DNA of 63,632 bases, filler included, from Octopus bimaculoides (GCF_001194135.2; 8 parts of 7 records of this genome joined end to end with filler, not necessarily neighbours in it), one strand, 5' to 3'; shown: positions 25,419-39,995, numbered from the whole stretch's first letter. The notes: generated from the letters alone by a model not told the origin. Translations and numbers: made by a program.

Positions 25419-27269
25419 TAGTTTTAACTATTAATATAGATAAGTATCAAATGACGGTATCCTGTTTGTGTACTATGTTGAGCGGTTAATTAGAACTTGT
25501 ATGTTGATATTAATTTAGAAAAAGGAAAATAATTTTCTAAGCGCCTTGAGTATATAGCTATACCCAACATAATCGATTAAATGTATGATATAGAATTGGA
25601 GATTAATTATTAATGGAACAATATGTAATTATTTAATATTGTTTAAGTAAAAAGTGGTGCTGAAATGCAGTGTGGATATTCTAAGAATTTTTATTAGCGC
25701 AATAGTGATATATATATATATATATCGAAACTAACTCTAATCTAAATAAGAACATTTTAGCCATCTTTACCGCCTACACCTAATTTGAAGACTGCATGCG
25801 TATTTATGGCTCTAAATGTGCAGATTAAGGAAGTTTATAGAACCTCGGGAAAAGATGTATACCGTTCTCTAATATTTAGAGAAGTGTTTGTGGATTATCT
25901 AATAACATCATGTGAAAATATCTCAGGATGTTAAAAGTAGTATGCGTACGTGCAGCAATTAAATTAGTTGTTATGCACATTTAAATTGGAGACGATATTA
26001 TTAAAAGTTATAGTTGAACAAAGTTAGCAAGATTCTTCTCTTATTACGTAATTAAGGTTTATTGAAAGAGTTTAAATTTTAGACGATTTTATACATTGCA
26101 TTACAGACGTTCAGGGATCAGATATAACTGTAAAGGCTTACTTTTGTTTTCGTAAATGGTTTGTAGAAAGAGTAGGTATGATTCAAGAAGCTGTTTTGAA
26201 GTATGTTATTTATGGAACGTATGCATATTATTTCAGTATGATAAACGTCGGCTATAGCAATATTTGCTATTGCTCGTATTCAACAGTTTCATGTACGCTA
26301 GTATCTGTTTATGCAGTTTTGGGAGTAAATAAGTGAAAATTGTGTTTCTGGATAAAATTTATTGGTGTAGTTTGAATTAGACGATATATGTTCGATATCG
26401 TATTTCTAGATAGATTACTACGACCGGAAAAATTTGGGGCTTTCATTTTGTCTTTTCACTTACCTCCTTCCTACTATACTCTAGCCTCTCTTTACCTACT
26501 AATATTGCCTAATATTTCTAAATATATGACTCCATTTCAAACTACAATTAATCTTCTCCCCTTTTCCGCTGATATTTTGAATATTTTTCTCGAATTCATA
26601 CAGCCACTTTTTTTCGTTTCCATGGTGTATAGTGACCGACATCACAACATACGGTACACCGTTCTGTTGTGGAGCTTAAGGTATGCAATTCGATGGACCC
26701 CTGTTCTTGACTGATACTATATTTTAATGACACCGAAGTGAGAAAAGGCTACGTGATCTCGGCGCGATTTAAACTCAGAAGGCTTAGAGCCGACGTGTTA
26801 ACAATTTTGCTAGGCTGCAACATTACACTCTCCCCTACGATCCTATATCATATCTTATTTCTATGCTATTTTACAAATAAATGTTCCAGAACTAGAGTAG
26901 CTTACAAGAACTTTCGTGACTGAACATTTTGAAAAATCGAAAGCACAGCCTTTGCCAAAGTCATGTGGTCCCAATACCATACCTACATGGCACATTCTCT
27001 TCTCTGTGTGCATGGGTTACTATTATTTGCATTATGCATCATTTACATCCTTTTTATCTGTGAACTTATATATTTATTTAGTTTATTATGCGAATTAAAA
27101 CAAATTTATTAATATATATCAATATAATACGTAATAACAATGTCCTTGATCTCGTTCTTATATAATGTTGTATGAACTCGTGATTTTAACATCTTTTCAT
27201 AATACGACACTATATGTATGAATGAGATCTGTTGTGAAAATAAAAAAAAATATAATTATTGTCGTTGTT

Positions 27270-27285
27270 GTTATGAATATTACTA

Positions 27286-27330
<45 letters not shown>

Positions 27331-27372
27331 TTATTATTTTTATTATTATTATTATTATTATCATTATTATTA
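27270..27372. repeat. (ATT)n microsatellite
   Basis: Direct reading. Confidence 0.9.
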
Positions 27373-30124
27373 AGTGTATGGTTTTATATTATAATGATGC
27401 TGTTTTTTGGGGTCGGTCATTTTATTTCTTTGTTTCTTGTTATTTTTTTCATTTTTTCGTTTTCACATTTTCAAATTTCTTTTTTCCATTTAGTCTAATG
27501 GACGCCTTTCATTGGAATTGCAGGAAAAGCAATCATGACAAAGTTCCACGCCAAAATCGATGAGAAATCTTTCATTTTTTTCTTAAACGCTTTTCATTAT
27601 AATTTTCTCATCGATTTCTGCTTCAGTGATGAAAGAAAACTTTCTTTCTAATGAAAGCAAATTTAGCACATTTTCCTAAAGAATCAGATCAATAATCAGA
27701 CTTTTGGGACAGCGTTGATATGGTCTCTTATTGCCAAATTAACTATTGGCCAAAATTGCAATACACAAGAGAATTAAATAATATGAATAAAATTAATACA
27801 AATGAAAGAAACACAGTGTGAAAAAGTATATTTGCTAAGGTGATTTTTTAGAAAAATATTTCTTTTAATGTTGTTTATGTCATAGTTGTGTTTTCTAATT
27901 TCATGTTTCGATGCAAGCATTCTACGAGTTCTTCATGCATTTTCCAATTGTGTAGTTTGTTTCCTTCTTATTGTTCGTGTTAGAATAGTATTTGAAGAAG
28001 CCAACATTTATATTCTTGGTAAATAATCAATTAATAAATTTTATAAACCAATGAAACTTTTTTTCTTATATTTCCTTCAGTAACATTGTTATTAATATTG
28101 TTACGCTGTTCGTGTTATTATCATAATAATTTTGGAACATCCTTGGCAAGGTTTTGGTTTTCCAAATTCCTTTGAATTTGCCAATCCATACCTTGGAAAT
28201 TACTGCTTCTTTTTTGAATGGAAGAGGCGTCGAACAAAAAAGTCATTGCTATATCTTATCAGTATAGTTGTTAGGCGTGTACGTTACAGAAATTTCGGCT
28301 ATATTCTTTTTAAAAAATACGTTTTAAAAAGATCCGTGCAAATCTAGTGACCAGAGAGATCAGTTATGGACAAAATGTGTATCCCCTGTCTGTTTTGTCT
28401 GTTAATAGTTACAGCAATTAATAAATAGACACCGTCGTCAATGATGAATGGGAGTAGTCAATTTTGAGATCTCTTACGTGAACAAAAGGGCAACAGTGTC
28501 AACGTCATCGTCATCGCCACCAAATATATGACCTATAAATCTATATATATTAAGAGATATTGAATAGAAAAAAAACAAACAAAAAAGATTAATACTAGTT
28601 GACTATCAGAAAAAACAAAAAAAAACAATGTGGGACAGTTGTGTTCTACTATATTCTTCTGATGCTCACTTGAAAAATTATCTGTTAAGAAAGCAGAAAG
28701 TTTCTATACTTTTGAAGGAGCACATGAAAGATGCAAAACTTGTTTGATATAAAGAAAACTTTAGTTTTGATATGTTTAGGAAGGTAGTATCAGTTTATGC
28801 CGAAGATCAAAAATGGAGCAAAGAGATAGGCGGTGATAGTAAGCGGCACAGCTCCTATAGGCTCTTGCTGAGTTAACACAAGGACTTTGGCAGTGATATT
28901 GGATCGCTACAATTTTCAAGGTACAATGCGGGTAGTTCGAGTACTTACTTGACGAAAAATAAAATGTAAATGCATGAGATATTCATGGACATGCAAGTCC
29001 ACATAGCAATCTCTAAAGAACAGTCCTGGACCCCATTGTTGATAAAGAACGAATATCAATAAAATGAGTGTTGCTCCGTCAGATGTGAATATGGGGAAAA
29101 AAACGTAGGGAGAGAACAGTAGATAAAGGCAGAGCAAATATCAGAAGAATCACAAACACAACCTCCACCACCACAACAACAACAACAACGACGACGACGG
29201 TGACGACGGCTATGTAAACGGGAGGCCGAAACTACAGAAATATTGTATGGTATATTTATTAAATGTCTATTCACTCCAGTTCTGAAAAGAATGGTGTTTA
29301 AAAAATGTTCACATGCTTGGAATGGTGTTTAAAGAATGCTTGGGCGCCGCTCAAATGAGTCGAAATAAGGAAAATTAAAAACAGTAAAGCGTACTATGCT
29401 ACAAGATAGTTTCTGAACTATGCCAAGTGCATTGAGGCGACACCAACAGTTGCAATCGGCATTAATTTTCCTAATGGAAATTTCTATGAATTTAAAGCAA
29501 CAAAATGGAAACCCAATAGTCTGAATAAATAGGTATTTTGCAAAAATGCATCTAAATGTTTTACAGAAATTATTGAAATCACGCCCGTATTACAAAAGAA
29601 GAAATCTTTATCGAACTTCACTATATCAACTTTAACTGAGAGGTTAGAATATTTCCATCGTGAAACTGGTTATTCAAAGATATCCCCTCCTAGGTCTTCA
29701 AAAATATCCCATTATATGTTCTTTCAATTGAATTATTGCTTAATGATAATAAATGCATAGAGAACAGCGAAAACCATTACAATGACGCACACATTCATTA
29801 TTAAGCTCCAGGAGATTTTAACGTGAATATGCTATTAATATTTTTCTATGGAGAACGAACAACGTCATGCAGAAAATGTGATGTATGCTCATAACATTCG
29901 ATTCATACACGCAAGAGTACTTTGAGACACCATGCTGTTTCGACTTAGGTGTGTCTCCTCTGTCAAATTTAGGTCTTGATAAAAAAAAAAAAAACTGAAA
30001 CAAATATTATAACTCTTGTTTATAGAATTCAGCTAACAAAACTTTAGCTGGTGTGTGCTAATGTTCGGCAAACTGGTAACAAATATTTATGGGCATTGAG
30101 ATCAGTCAAAACCAAAGCAATGAC

Positions 30125-30163
<39 letters not shown>

Positions 30164-30173
30164 NNNNNNNNNN

Positions 30174-30217
<44 letters not shown>

Positions 30218-30464
30218 CAGAGACACACAGACACGCACACATATATATATATATATACATATTTTCTAAGTTCCAAAAGATTCAAACGTGAATATTTTAA
30301 TCACAGTTGTATTTCACCTTCAAAGAATGATTCCTCTTTTTAGAGGTTGTGTGTTTCCCCGAGGCTAAAATACAGCGACGATTAGCTAACATATGAAGAA
30401 TACATATGCAAACGTATTAGCAAACGTATGAAGAATAAATATGAACGTAACTACATTTATAATC

Positions 30465-30675
30465 TTTTCTATTGTAAGCACAAGGCCCAAAATCTTTGAG
30501 GAAGGTCAGTCGATTAGATATATCTCAGTACGCAACTGGTATTTAATTTATCAACCTCGAAAGGATGAACGGCAAAGTCGACCTCAGCGGTATTTGAACT
30601 CAGAACATAAAGTCAGGCGAAACACCTCTAAGCGTTTAGCACGGCGTGCTAACGTTTCTGCCAGTTCGCCGCCTT
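30465..30675 (-). mobile_element. SINE family 2
   Basis: Head GGCGGCGAACTGGCAGAAACG and central motif. Confidence 0.8.
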
Positions 30676-31189
30676 GTCACTACATTGATAATGGTAAACC
30701 TCTTAGTTTACCTGATTACTCTTCATTCACCAAATTTGAAACCATAGGTGACCTTAGGCTTATCACTTCAGAAATTTTCTTTCGGTAAATTGTTACCACA
30801 ATTTAGTGCAATCTCATATAATTCATCGTTGTTCGTGTACCTTGGTATATTTTCTGTTTACAAAATGTCTAATCTAGGTTGCTGCTCAAATTTGCTTTCT
30901 AACATTTTAAATACTGAAAAGTTTTTTTCTGGATGTTACTTTTGTAAATTATCAGTAACTCTTAAAGTTTTAGTGATTCCTGCCAAAGAGAACTGTTGTA
31001 TAGAAGACATTACTTTTCAGTTCAGAAGGGGAATGTTTTTCGATAACAGCTTAAGATAGGCAATGACACTTGTTCCTTGTTTCACATTTGTAAGTAGTGT
31101 CGAGAATTTTTTTAATTCCAAAAAAAAAAAAAAAAACGAAGATAACGTATTTGAAATGCATATAAAATATTAGAGCCTATCAGAGACAA

Positions 31190-31345
31190 CCGCCATTACA
31201 ATTTCGAGTTGGATTCCAAAGCGCAACCAACTGAGACAATAGATATTACCCAACCATTTTATTCTGTGTCTAACCCTAGGTCTTCTACCGGCATGCTCGG
31301 CTTGAAGAATTAGTCTTGCGATACTTTCCTGGGACATTTTAATCA
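31190..31345 (-). mobile_element. RTE-clade LINE C-terminal remnant
   Basis: Minus frame KMSQESIARLILQAEHAGRRPRVRHRIKWLGNIYCLSWLRFGI resembles the RTE GxRPRGRPRxRW motif. Confidence 0.6.
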
Positions 31346-31489
31346 AATTTTAAGAACCGGATTATGACCTCTTAATGCAGAAAAACTACGCATACTGTTG
31401 AGAGACGTTACTCTAATCTCCCTTGGAATAAAACCTACAAATAAATCTGTCTAAATTCTCCGCAAAAATGCAAGCTACGCTGGTTTCAA

Positions 31490-31690
31490 AGTTTGGCACA
31501 AAGCTAGCAATTTTGTGGAGGGTAAGTTGCTTATATCGACACTGTTCAACTGATAGTTATTTTATCGACTTAGAAGGTTTAAAGGCGAAGTCGACCTCGG
31601 CAGAACCTGAACTCGGAAGGTAAAGACGGACGAAATGCTGCAAAGTATTTTATCCGGTGTACTAACTATTGTATCAACTTGCCGCTTTAG
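31490..31690 (-). mobile_element. SINE family 2, diverged
   Basis: GGCGAAGTCGACCTCGGCAGAACCTGAACTC core. Confidence 0.7.
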
Positions 31691-32375
31691 GTGCAAGTTA
31701 TATCGTGTTATCGCAATCACGTGAATCAATAGGAAAATATTTTTAATTAAACAAATTTCTAGCACTAGTTTTGTAGCTAAAAGCACAATATTCATGTTAT
31801 CAATTTAGTAGCACGACTAATATTCAGTTAAAACTTTTATTTGAGAAAATTACAGCATCTCTTCTTCGCCTTTGGCGTCGTATATTCCCAACGAAGAATA
31901 CATTTACATGTGTGTTAGTTTTACAGAATTCTTTATTATATAAGTAGAACATTGAAAAATATTTTACTGTGAAGATGCATAAATAATATGTGTTTAAATT
32001 GTGACAACTGGCAACTAAATAATTGCCTGCTCTACTCGAAACAAAGGGAAAATACGAAAATTATAAAGCAATTGTGCACCAAAAGAGAAATCAATGATAA
32101 TATATAACATCACATAAAATAATAGCCACTTACATTTTTAATTAGGTATTAAATGGACAGTGTATGCCTAACGGTTACCAAGTTGTTATTCAATGCTTTA
32201 AATGACGCCTCTATCCAATATGACTTGACATCATCGAAACATGTTCAAATTTTGATGAATAATTTAAAAATAGATTTATTTTCATCGTTCAAAGACATTT
32301 TCAATCACACCTGTTAGATATTCTTCCAATGTATGCAACAAAACCATTTGTAAGAAACCACCACTGCTAGCACCG

Positions 32376-32406
<31 letters not shown>

Positions 32407-33084
32407 AACTACTGCTGCTGCTGCTGCTGCTGCTTCCTCTACTACTACTACAGATCNNNNNNNNNNNNNNNNNNNNNNNNNNNNNNNNNNNNNNNNNNNN
32501 NNNNNNNNNNNNNNNNNNNNNNNNNNNNNNNNNNNNNNNNNNNNNNNNNNNNNNNNNNNNNNNNNNNNNNNNNNNNNNNNNNNNNNNNNNNNNNNNNNNN
32601 NNNNNNNNNNNNNNNNNNNNNNNNNNNNNNNNNNNNNNNNNNNNNNNNNNNNNNNNNNNNNNNNNNNNNNNNNNNNNNNNNNNNNNNNNNNNNNNNNNNN
32701 NNNNNNNNNNNNNNNNNNNNNNNNNNNNNNNNNNNNNNNNNNNNNNNNNNNNNNNNNNNNNNNNNNNNNNNNNNNNNNNNNNNNNNNNNNNNNNNNNNNN
32801 NNNNNNNNNNNNNNNNNNNNNNNNNNNNNNNNNNNNNNNNNNNNNNNNNNNNNNNNNNNNNNNNNNNNNNNNNNNNNNNNNNNNNNNNNNNNNNNNNNNN
32901 NNNNNNNNNNNNNNNNNNNNNNNNNNNNNNNNNNNNNNNNNNNNNNNNNNNNNNNNNNNNNNNNNNNNNNNNNNNNNNNNNNNNNNNNNNNNNNNNNNNN
33001 NNNNNNNNNNNNNNNNNNNNNNNNNNNNNNNNNNNNNNNNNNNNNNNNNNNNNNNNNNNNNNNNNNNNNNNNNNNNNNNNNNNN

Positions 33085-33372
33085 ATATATTATTTTATTT
33101 AAAAGAGTTCCAACTCTGTCTGTTTTTTATGTTTTATTTATATTTTTGTAAAATTAATGTGGGATATAGAATATGGAATATACAATATATAATATAAAAA
33201 TGGATGGTACAATGAAATAAAGTATAGAATGTCTTATTGAATATATGGAATATGTCTTATTGAATATATGAAATATTGAGTGTTCAATATAAAGGATTAA
33301 ATATATAAAGGCGAATACGTATTTTCTATACCTTGTGGTATTTCATCATGGCCGGTATGACAGACTTTAACA
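33085..33372 (-). mobile_element. Second copy of the AT-rich repeat with a hammerhead-like motif
   Basis: Minus strand TGTTAAAGTCTGTCATACCGGC CATGATGA A ATACC acaa GGTAT A GAAA ATACGTAT TC GCC. Confidence 0.5.
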
Positions 33373-34749
33373 GACTGTAATAGACTGGCTGGTTTTCTTT
33401 CTTTTATACCAATTCCTTTGGACAGCAGCAGTATGTATTTGGCTATTTTAGAATTGATGCCAAATTTATTTTTAGAAATGATGACATTTGAGAAATTTTT
33501 TTTTGTGTTTTGGTTATAGGGATATAACCAACACACAAAAAAAGATTTCAGTCGATATAATAAGAAGTTTACATCTAGTAAATTTATATTAAACACAGAA
33601 AAAAATATATTAGGGAAATTTATCGGTGATGAAATAACGCAATTCTTTTATCGTTTATTTATTTCAGAAATAAGACTGCGGTCATACTGAGAGACCTCCT
33701 TCAAGAACTGTAGCCGAAGAAATCGATCGCACTATTATTCAAATTAGTCATGCTAAAATAAAACGAAACAAAAATTGAAATTCATTAAATCGAACTAATT
33801 ATGCTTGGTGTCAGTATGGGAGGTTCATACACCTTTCTTTGAAGAAAGGCGTTGTGCTGCCTTTTCGTTTCCTTATCATCATTTACTCTTACATATAAAT
33901 ATTAGTACCTCATGTATTTTGATGATGTATACAAACTCAGACATAGAACAGTTATTAATTTGCACAATGCTGTGTTAAGCAACACTATAGTAAATCAAGT
34001 AATATTAAATTGACAACTAATTTGAACAATTTGTTATGTGATGTAAGTATAAATTAAATTTAAAGTTGTTTTTATATTTCTGGTTTCGCGTCCAACAACG
34101 CGATAACCTGTGCAAGAATGATGCTTAATATACACAGTTCTGTCAAATATAAAATGATGAAATTGCGTGACAATCATATACATACAAGCGTATATGCAAC
34201 ATATTTTTATACATGAATATATACATGCATATATACATATACATTTACGCATACATATATGCTTCAATGTATGAGTATATTTCCTTTACATGTTCGACAA
34301 ATATTTACCATAGAATATTTATTTTAATATGTTACTATTATGTATATGACATGCTTAAACCACATTAAGTTAATTTTCTAGCATGAATGCAGTTCATGGT
34401 CTGTAGACAGTATATTATAGTATAATGCAATGAGACAAAATGGAATGCAATATAAAAACATTTTTAATTTGCAACATCTATCTTAGTTAATGTATATTGT
34501 GAGTACACAGCGAGAACGTTTATTAATATTAATCTCAATGCCAGTATTCAAATTTTTGTCTGGTAGATGGATGTTACAATAGAGATAATCATGATACAAA
34601 TAGAGAATTATGATAGAATGATTATATTAGTTTTTAGCTGTATAACATACAGTATTGGGCAATAGAAATTGCTGGTCATAGTGAAAAGATTATACATTTG
34701 TGTGTGTATGTGGGTGTATGTGTATGTATGTGTCCGTGTCAGAGAGAGA

Positions 34750-34806
<57 letters not shown>

Positions 34807-35845
34807 TGTGTGTGTGTATGTGAATGTGTGTTTGTGCGTGTGTAAGTCTTTTCCTGATATATTTTTATGATGGATCAGGAAAACAGCTCATCAAACCAAA
34901 TATTGGTAATTGGTGAAAAAAAATATATAGCGAAAGAAAGAATTTCTAACATACATATATACATACATACATACATACATACGAACACAAATCTCCATAT
35001 ATATATATATATATATATATATATNNNNNNNNNNNNNNNNNNNNNNNNNNNNNNNNNNNNNNNNNNNNNNNNNNNNNNNNNNNNNNNNNNNNNNNNNNNN
35101 NNNNNNNNNNNNNNNNNNNNNNNNNNNNNNNNNNNNNNNNNNNNNNNNNNNNNNNNNNNNNNNNNNNNNNNNNNNNNNNNNNNNNNNNNNNNNNNNNNNN
35201 NNNNNNNNNNNNNNNNNNNNNNNNNNNNNNNNNNNNNNNNNNNNNNNNNNNNNNNNNNNNNNNNNNNNNNNNNNNNNNNNNNNNNNNNNNNNNNNNNNNN
35301 NNNNNNNNNNNNNNNNNNNNNNNNNNNNNNNNNNNNNNNNNNNNNNNNNNNNNNNNNNNNNNNNNNNNNNNNNNNNNNNNNNNNNNNNNNNNNNNNNNNN
35401 NNNNNNNNNNNNNNNNNNNNNNNNNNNNNNNNNNNNNNNNNNNNNNNNNNNNNNNNNNNNNNNNNNNNNNNNNNNNNNNNNNNNNNNNNNNNNNNNNNNN
35501 NNNNNNNNNNNNNNNNNNNNNNNNNNNNNNNNNNNNNNNNNNNNNNNNNNNNNNNNNNNNNNNNNNNNNNNNNNNNNNNNNNNNNNNNNNNNNNNNNNNN
35601 NNNNNNNNNNNNNNNNNNNNNNNNNNNNNNNNNNNNNNNNNNNNNNNNNNNNNNNNNNNNNNNNNNNNNNNNNNNNNNNNNNNNNNNNNNNNNNNNNNNN
35701 NNNNNNNNNNNNNNNNNNNNNNNNNNNNNNNNNNNNNNNNNNNNNNNNNNNNNNNNNNNNNNNNNNNNNNNNNNNNNNNNNNNNNNNNNNNNNNNTATAT
35801 ATATTTATATATATACATACATGTATGCGGGAGTGTAAATGTATG

Positions 35846-35886
<41 letters not shown>

Positions 35887-36330
35887 GTATATTTATATGT
35901 ATAAATGTGTTAATATATATTCATTATGTTATGTGCATGTATGCAAACGCCATTATATATATGAGGTTGAATTTGCTTACACATATACATATATATACAT
36001 GTGTGCGTGGATATGTGTGTATATATGAGTACGTACATGCACATATATGTTTCTGTGTGTATGTGCATGTACCTATACATGTTTGTGTGAGTAGGTATGT
36101 ATGTAGACGTTATGAATGCAGGAGTTTTAATGTATATGTATTGTGAGAATATGGTTGCCTTTATTTTCTTAATTTTTATATTTTTCTCGTTTTCTACCTA
36201 TTAGAGTAACTTCTCTTTTGTTCAACGGTTTTTCATAGCGTCTATTGCCATTAACAGCCTACGAGAATGCATCGTAACTCTTCGCTCCGACATTTGATAC
36301 TCCGAGTACTATAATGACAACTTACTGTTT

Positions 36331-36662
36331 GGAGTGGCTGTGAAGTAAACAGTTTGCTTACGGACCACATGGTTACGGGTTCAAAGCCTTGTGAGTGGAT
36401 TTGGTAGACGGAAAAAGAAGGAAGCCCGTCGTACATATGTATACATATATATATGTGTTTGTGTGTCTGTGTTTATCACCCCACCATCGCTTGACAACCG
36501 ATGCTGTTGTGGTTATGTCCCTGGAACTTAGTGGTTCGGCAAAAAGATACCGATGGAATAAGTACTAGGCTTACAAAGAATAAGTCCTGGAGTCGATTTG
36601 CTCGAATAAAAGGCGGTGCTCCAGCATGGCCGCAGTAGAATGACTGAAACAAGTAAAAGAGT
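36331..36662 (+). mobile_element. SINE family 1, head + microsatellite + tail contiguous (head has an internal deletion)
   Basis: GGAGTGGCTGTG head, GAAGCCCGTCGT, (AT/GT)n, tail ending GGCGGTGCTCCAGCATGGCCGCAG...TGAAACAAGTAAAAGAG. Confidence 0.8.
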
Positions 36663-36714
36663 ATGAATAATCCTCTATTTTCCTAATATCGAAGACTCAT
36701 TCTTTTGTTTGCAC

Positions 36715-36763
<49 letters not shown>

Positions 36764-38263
36764 CATATATACATATATATATAAACTTTTATGTAAGCAT
36801 ATATATATACATATATACAAAACATAAGCATACACGCACGCACACACACACATGCATAAATACACGCGTACACACACACACACACACATGTATATATATG
36901 TAATTTCTTTATTTCTTTTGCAGTGCACTTGATTAAATTTTCTCAATGATACATTATTACACTCATATCGTTTCACAATACATGAGTATACATAAAAAAA
37001 CTGCTTCTCACATTCATATTATTTCAACCTGTATTGTTTATTACATATTCCAAAATATAACAACCTATCTTAAATTCATTGCTACAATAATTTCCGTTAT
37101 AAAGTATTCGAAAGTACATTTTTACATTCAAATCATTGTCATTTCAGAATACAATATCAAACAATCCAAAGCAGTTTATGAAATAATAGTTTATTAGATA
37201 TCCCAAACAACCTAATTAAAATCTGCTTAGATAAATTTTGCAACGTCTGCATGTAATGGATATCAACTAGTCTTCTCTTAATATATAGTGTGCGTAGACC
37301 AAGTTATTGTTACAGGCAAACTAAGTAACAATGAAAAAAATATTACATACATTAGCAAAGCCAAATTCAGTATAGATGTACACTATCGTACATCATTTAG
37401 AAGGTGGGGGATATGTCTTATAAATATTACTAAATGAGTAATAAATGCCAGCAATTTTCAAAATTGGTGTATATTTTTCAATGAAAAACAGTTCAATATC
37501 ATTTTTATTTCTTCTCTCATATTTTCTACACATTAATATAATTGGAAAATCCCTTAATTTGGTTGCCGCGCTCCTGCACATACATGTCTAGTGTCCGTAT
37601 CTCGTAATTTCTATCGTGAAATGTCATTCATTTTCTCAGTGATATACCAGTTTGACCAATATAATTCTCTCCAAAACCACGTCATATCATGAATAAAATA
37701 AATTTTCTCATGTGAGATTTGAAATTATTTTACCTTTTAAAAGATTTGGCCATTTTGAAGCGGAGGCTACTGTTATATTAATAAAGATGCCGCAACCCAA
37801 TATTCTATTTTGATTAACAGTCAAGTTTTGTATACTATTTGTATGGTTTCTGCTCTTTTGGTTGTTGCACTGGTGAGTTTCTTCCTTTTGAGGAGCTGGA
37901 AAAAGCGATTTTGAAAGATTTAGCGTCCTAGATTTATAACAACCACTGTTGTAATCAACACAATTGTCGGCTGTTGTAATAAGTTCTTGTTGCTGTAATT
38001 ATTTTTACATATGTCTTTGTTCTGTAATTACATTTTCCCTTGTTGCAAAGTTCTATTTTCTTTTTCTTCTGGACAAAAGTTGATTTTTTGTCCTGACAAA
38101 CAATACAACTTAACAAATAACTTTCGTTATATGAGGACTATTCTTCACATTCTCTCCCTCTTTCCTCTTTCCTTATCTCTCTCTGTACACACGAACACAC
38201 GCACTCCCCCCATATATATATATAACATAAATTAAAACGGGTGTCTTATTGGCAATTAGAACA

Positions 38264-38721
38264 TAAAGGCAAAATTAATAGAGGTCACAAAAGTGGCAGT
38301 GGGTACTGACTAGCGCTGCATTTGCTAAAAATATGGGTTAAAACAACTAAAAAGCCACAAAAGCACTGTCTTAATGACTAACAAAGGGAAGTCTCCAGTA
38401 TACATAGTCAGTGCCCTCTGTCACTTTTGTAACCTCTTTTGATTTTGCCTTTAGCTACTGTTTACAATTTGTTTACACTATTACCGTTTTGAAAATCAGC
38501 ACATGTTTTCAACGGTCTTTCTTATAAAACCGACAGAGATAACTGAGTTTAACCCTAGGCGTTAAGAGTCGCTGATGAGGATTAAAATAGTCTACATCAA
38601 AATCCGCAATCGTGATCCAGCTATGTACGCTGGGGACTTATCTCCCTTTGTCAGTCATTTTGGCTTTTGGGCTGTTTCAACTCTTATTTTTAGCAACAGC
38701 GGTGCTAGTCAGTACCTTCTG

Positions 38722-38725
<4 letters not shown>
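38264..38725. repeat. Compound inverted-repeat element with a degenerate hammerhead-like motif
   Basis: 38264-38312 is inverted at 38405-38453; about 38293-38411 is inverted at 38618-38725. CTGATGA GGATT...AATCC GCAA TCGTGA TC at 38572-38617. Confidence 0.6.
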
Positions 38726-38754
<29 letters not shown>

Positions 38755-39457
38755 NNNNNNNNNNNNNNNNNNNNNNNNNNNNNNNNNNNNNNNNNNNNNN
38801 NNNNNNNNNNNNNNNNNNNNNNNNNNNNNNNNNNNNNNNNNNNNNNNNNNNNNNNNNNNNNNNNNNNNNNNNNNNNNNNNNNNNNNNNNNNNNNNNNNNN
38901 NNNNNNNNNNNNNNNNNNNNNNNNNNNNNNNNNNNNNNNNNNNNNNNNNNNNNNNNNNNNNNNNNNNNNNNNNNNNNNNNNNNNNNNNNNNNNNNNNNNN
39001 NNNNNNNNNNNNNNNNNNNNNNNNNNNNNNNNNNNNNNNNNNNNNNNNNNNNNNNNNNNNNNNNNNNNNNNNNNNNNNNNNNNNNNNNNNNNNNNNNNNN
39101 NNNNNNNNNNNNNNNNNNNNNNNNNNNNNNNNNNNNNNNNNNNNNNNNNNNNNNNNNNNNNNNNNNNNNNNNNNNNNNNNNNNNNNNNNNNNNNNNNNNN
39201 NNNNNNNNNNNNNNNNNNNNNNNNNNNNNNNNNNNNNNNNNNNNNNNNNNNNNNNNNNNNNNNNNNNNNNNNNNNNNNNNNNNNNNNNNNNNNNNNNNNN
39301 NNNNNNNNNNNNNNNNNNNNNNNNNNNNNNNNNNNNNNNNNNNNNNNNNNNNNNNNNNNNNNNNNNNNNNNNNNNNNNNNNNNNNNNNNNNNNNNNNNNN
39401 NNNNNNNNNNNNNNNNNNNNNNNNNNNNNNNNNNNNNTAATACATACATATACGAAG

Positions 39458-39995
39458 CTACACGAAGAAGATAGCCTCTATAAAGCATATAAGTTATTGG
39501 GAAAGTTTCAAAAGATTAAGACTCTATTCCTTAGCGCGTATGCGAGAAAGATATGCCATAATATGCATCTGGAAGATCCTCGAAGGAATTGTCCCAAACT
39601 TTGGCATCGAAAGTTACACAAATAAAAGAACTGGACGCCATTGCATAGAGCCAAGGACTCCAAATTTGCCATCAAGATGTAGGACAAGATGTTGCAATAG
39701 CCTGGGTTTCAGAGGTCCACAGCTCTTCAATATCCTCCCGAAGGACCTAAGAGACTTGCATGGGGTGGATGTAGGTGTCTTCAAAATAAAGCTGGGCCTC
39801 TTCCTGTCAAATGTCCCAGATGAACCAACTTCGCGGCAGGAGGTGCAGATAAGGGCAGCTACATAAACTCTCTCATGCACCAAATGTCAATTCCTGAAGT
39901 AAAATTCGTGAAGTAAAATTATGTAGCAACACCAAATGGCGGTGCCCCAGTATGGCCATAGCTCATGGGCTGAAATTGGATAAAATGAAAATGAA
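39458..39995 (+). mobile_element. CR1-group LINE 3' end (RT C-terminus plus 3' UTR), decayed
   Basis: RERYAIICIWKILEGIVPN...FKIKLGLFLSNVPDEP; 3' UTR matches 46905-46975 on the minus strand. Confidence 0.75.

Noticed and set aside
26100-26185. Short AG...GT-bounded open segment (DVQGSDITVKAYFCFRKWFVERV)
   Set aside because: An isolated candidate exon with no recognisable homology or partner exons.
30740-31110. Minus-strand coding-like stretch with several stops
   Set aside because: No motif I can assign; possibly an old transposon ORF.
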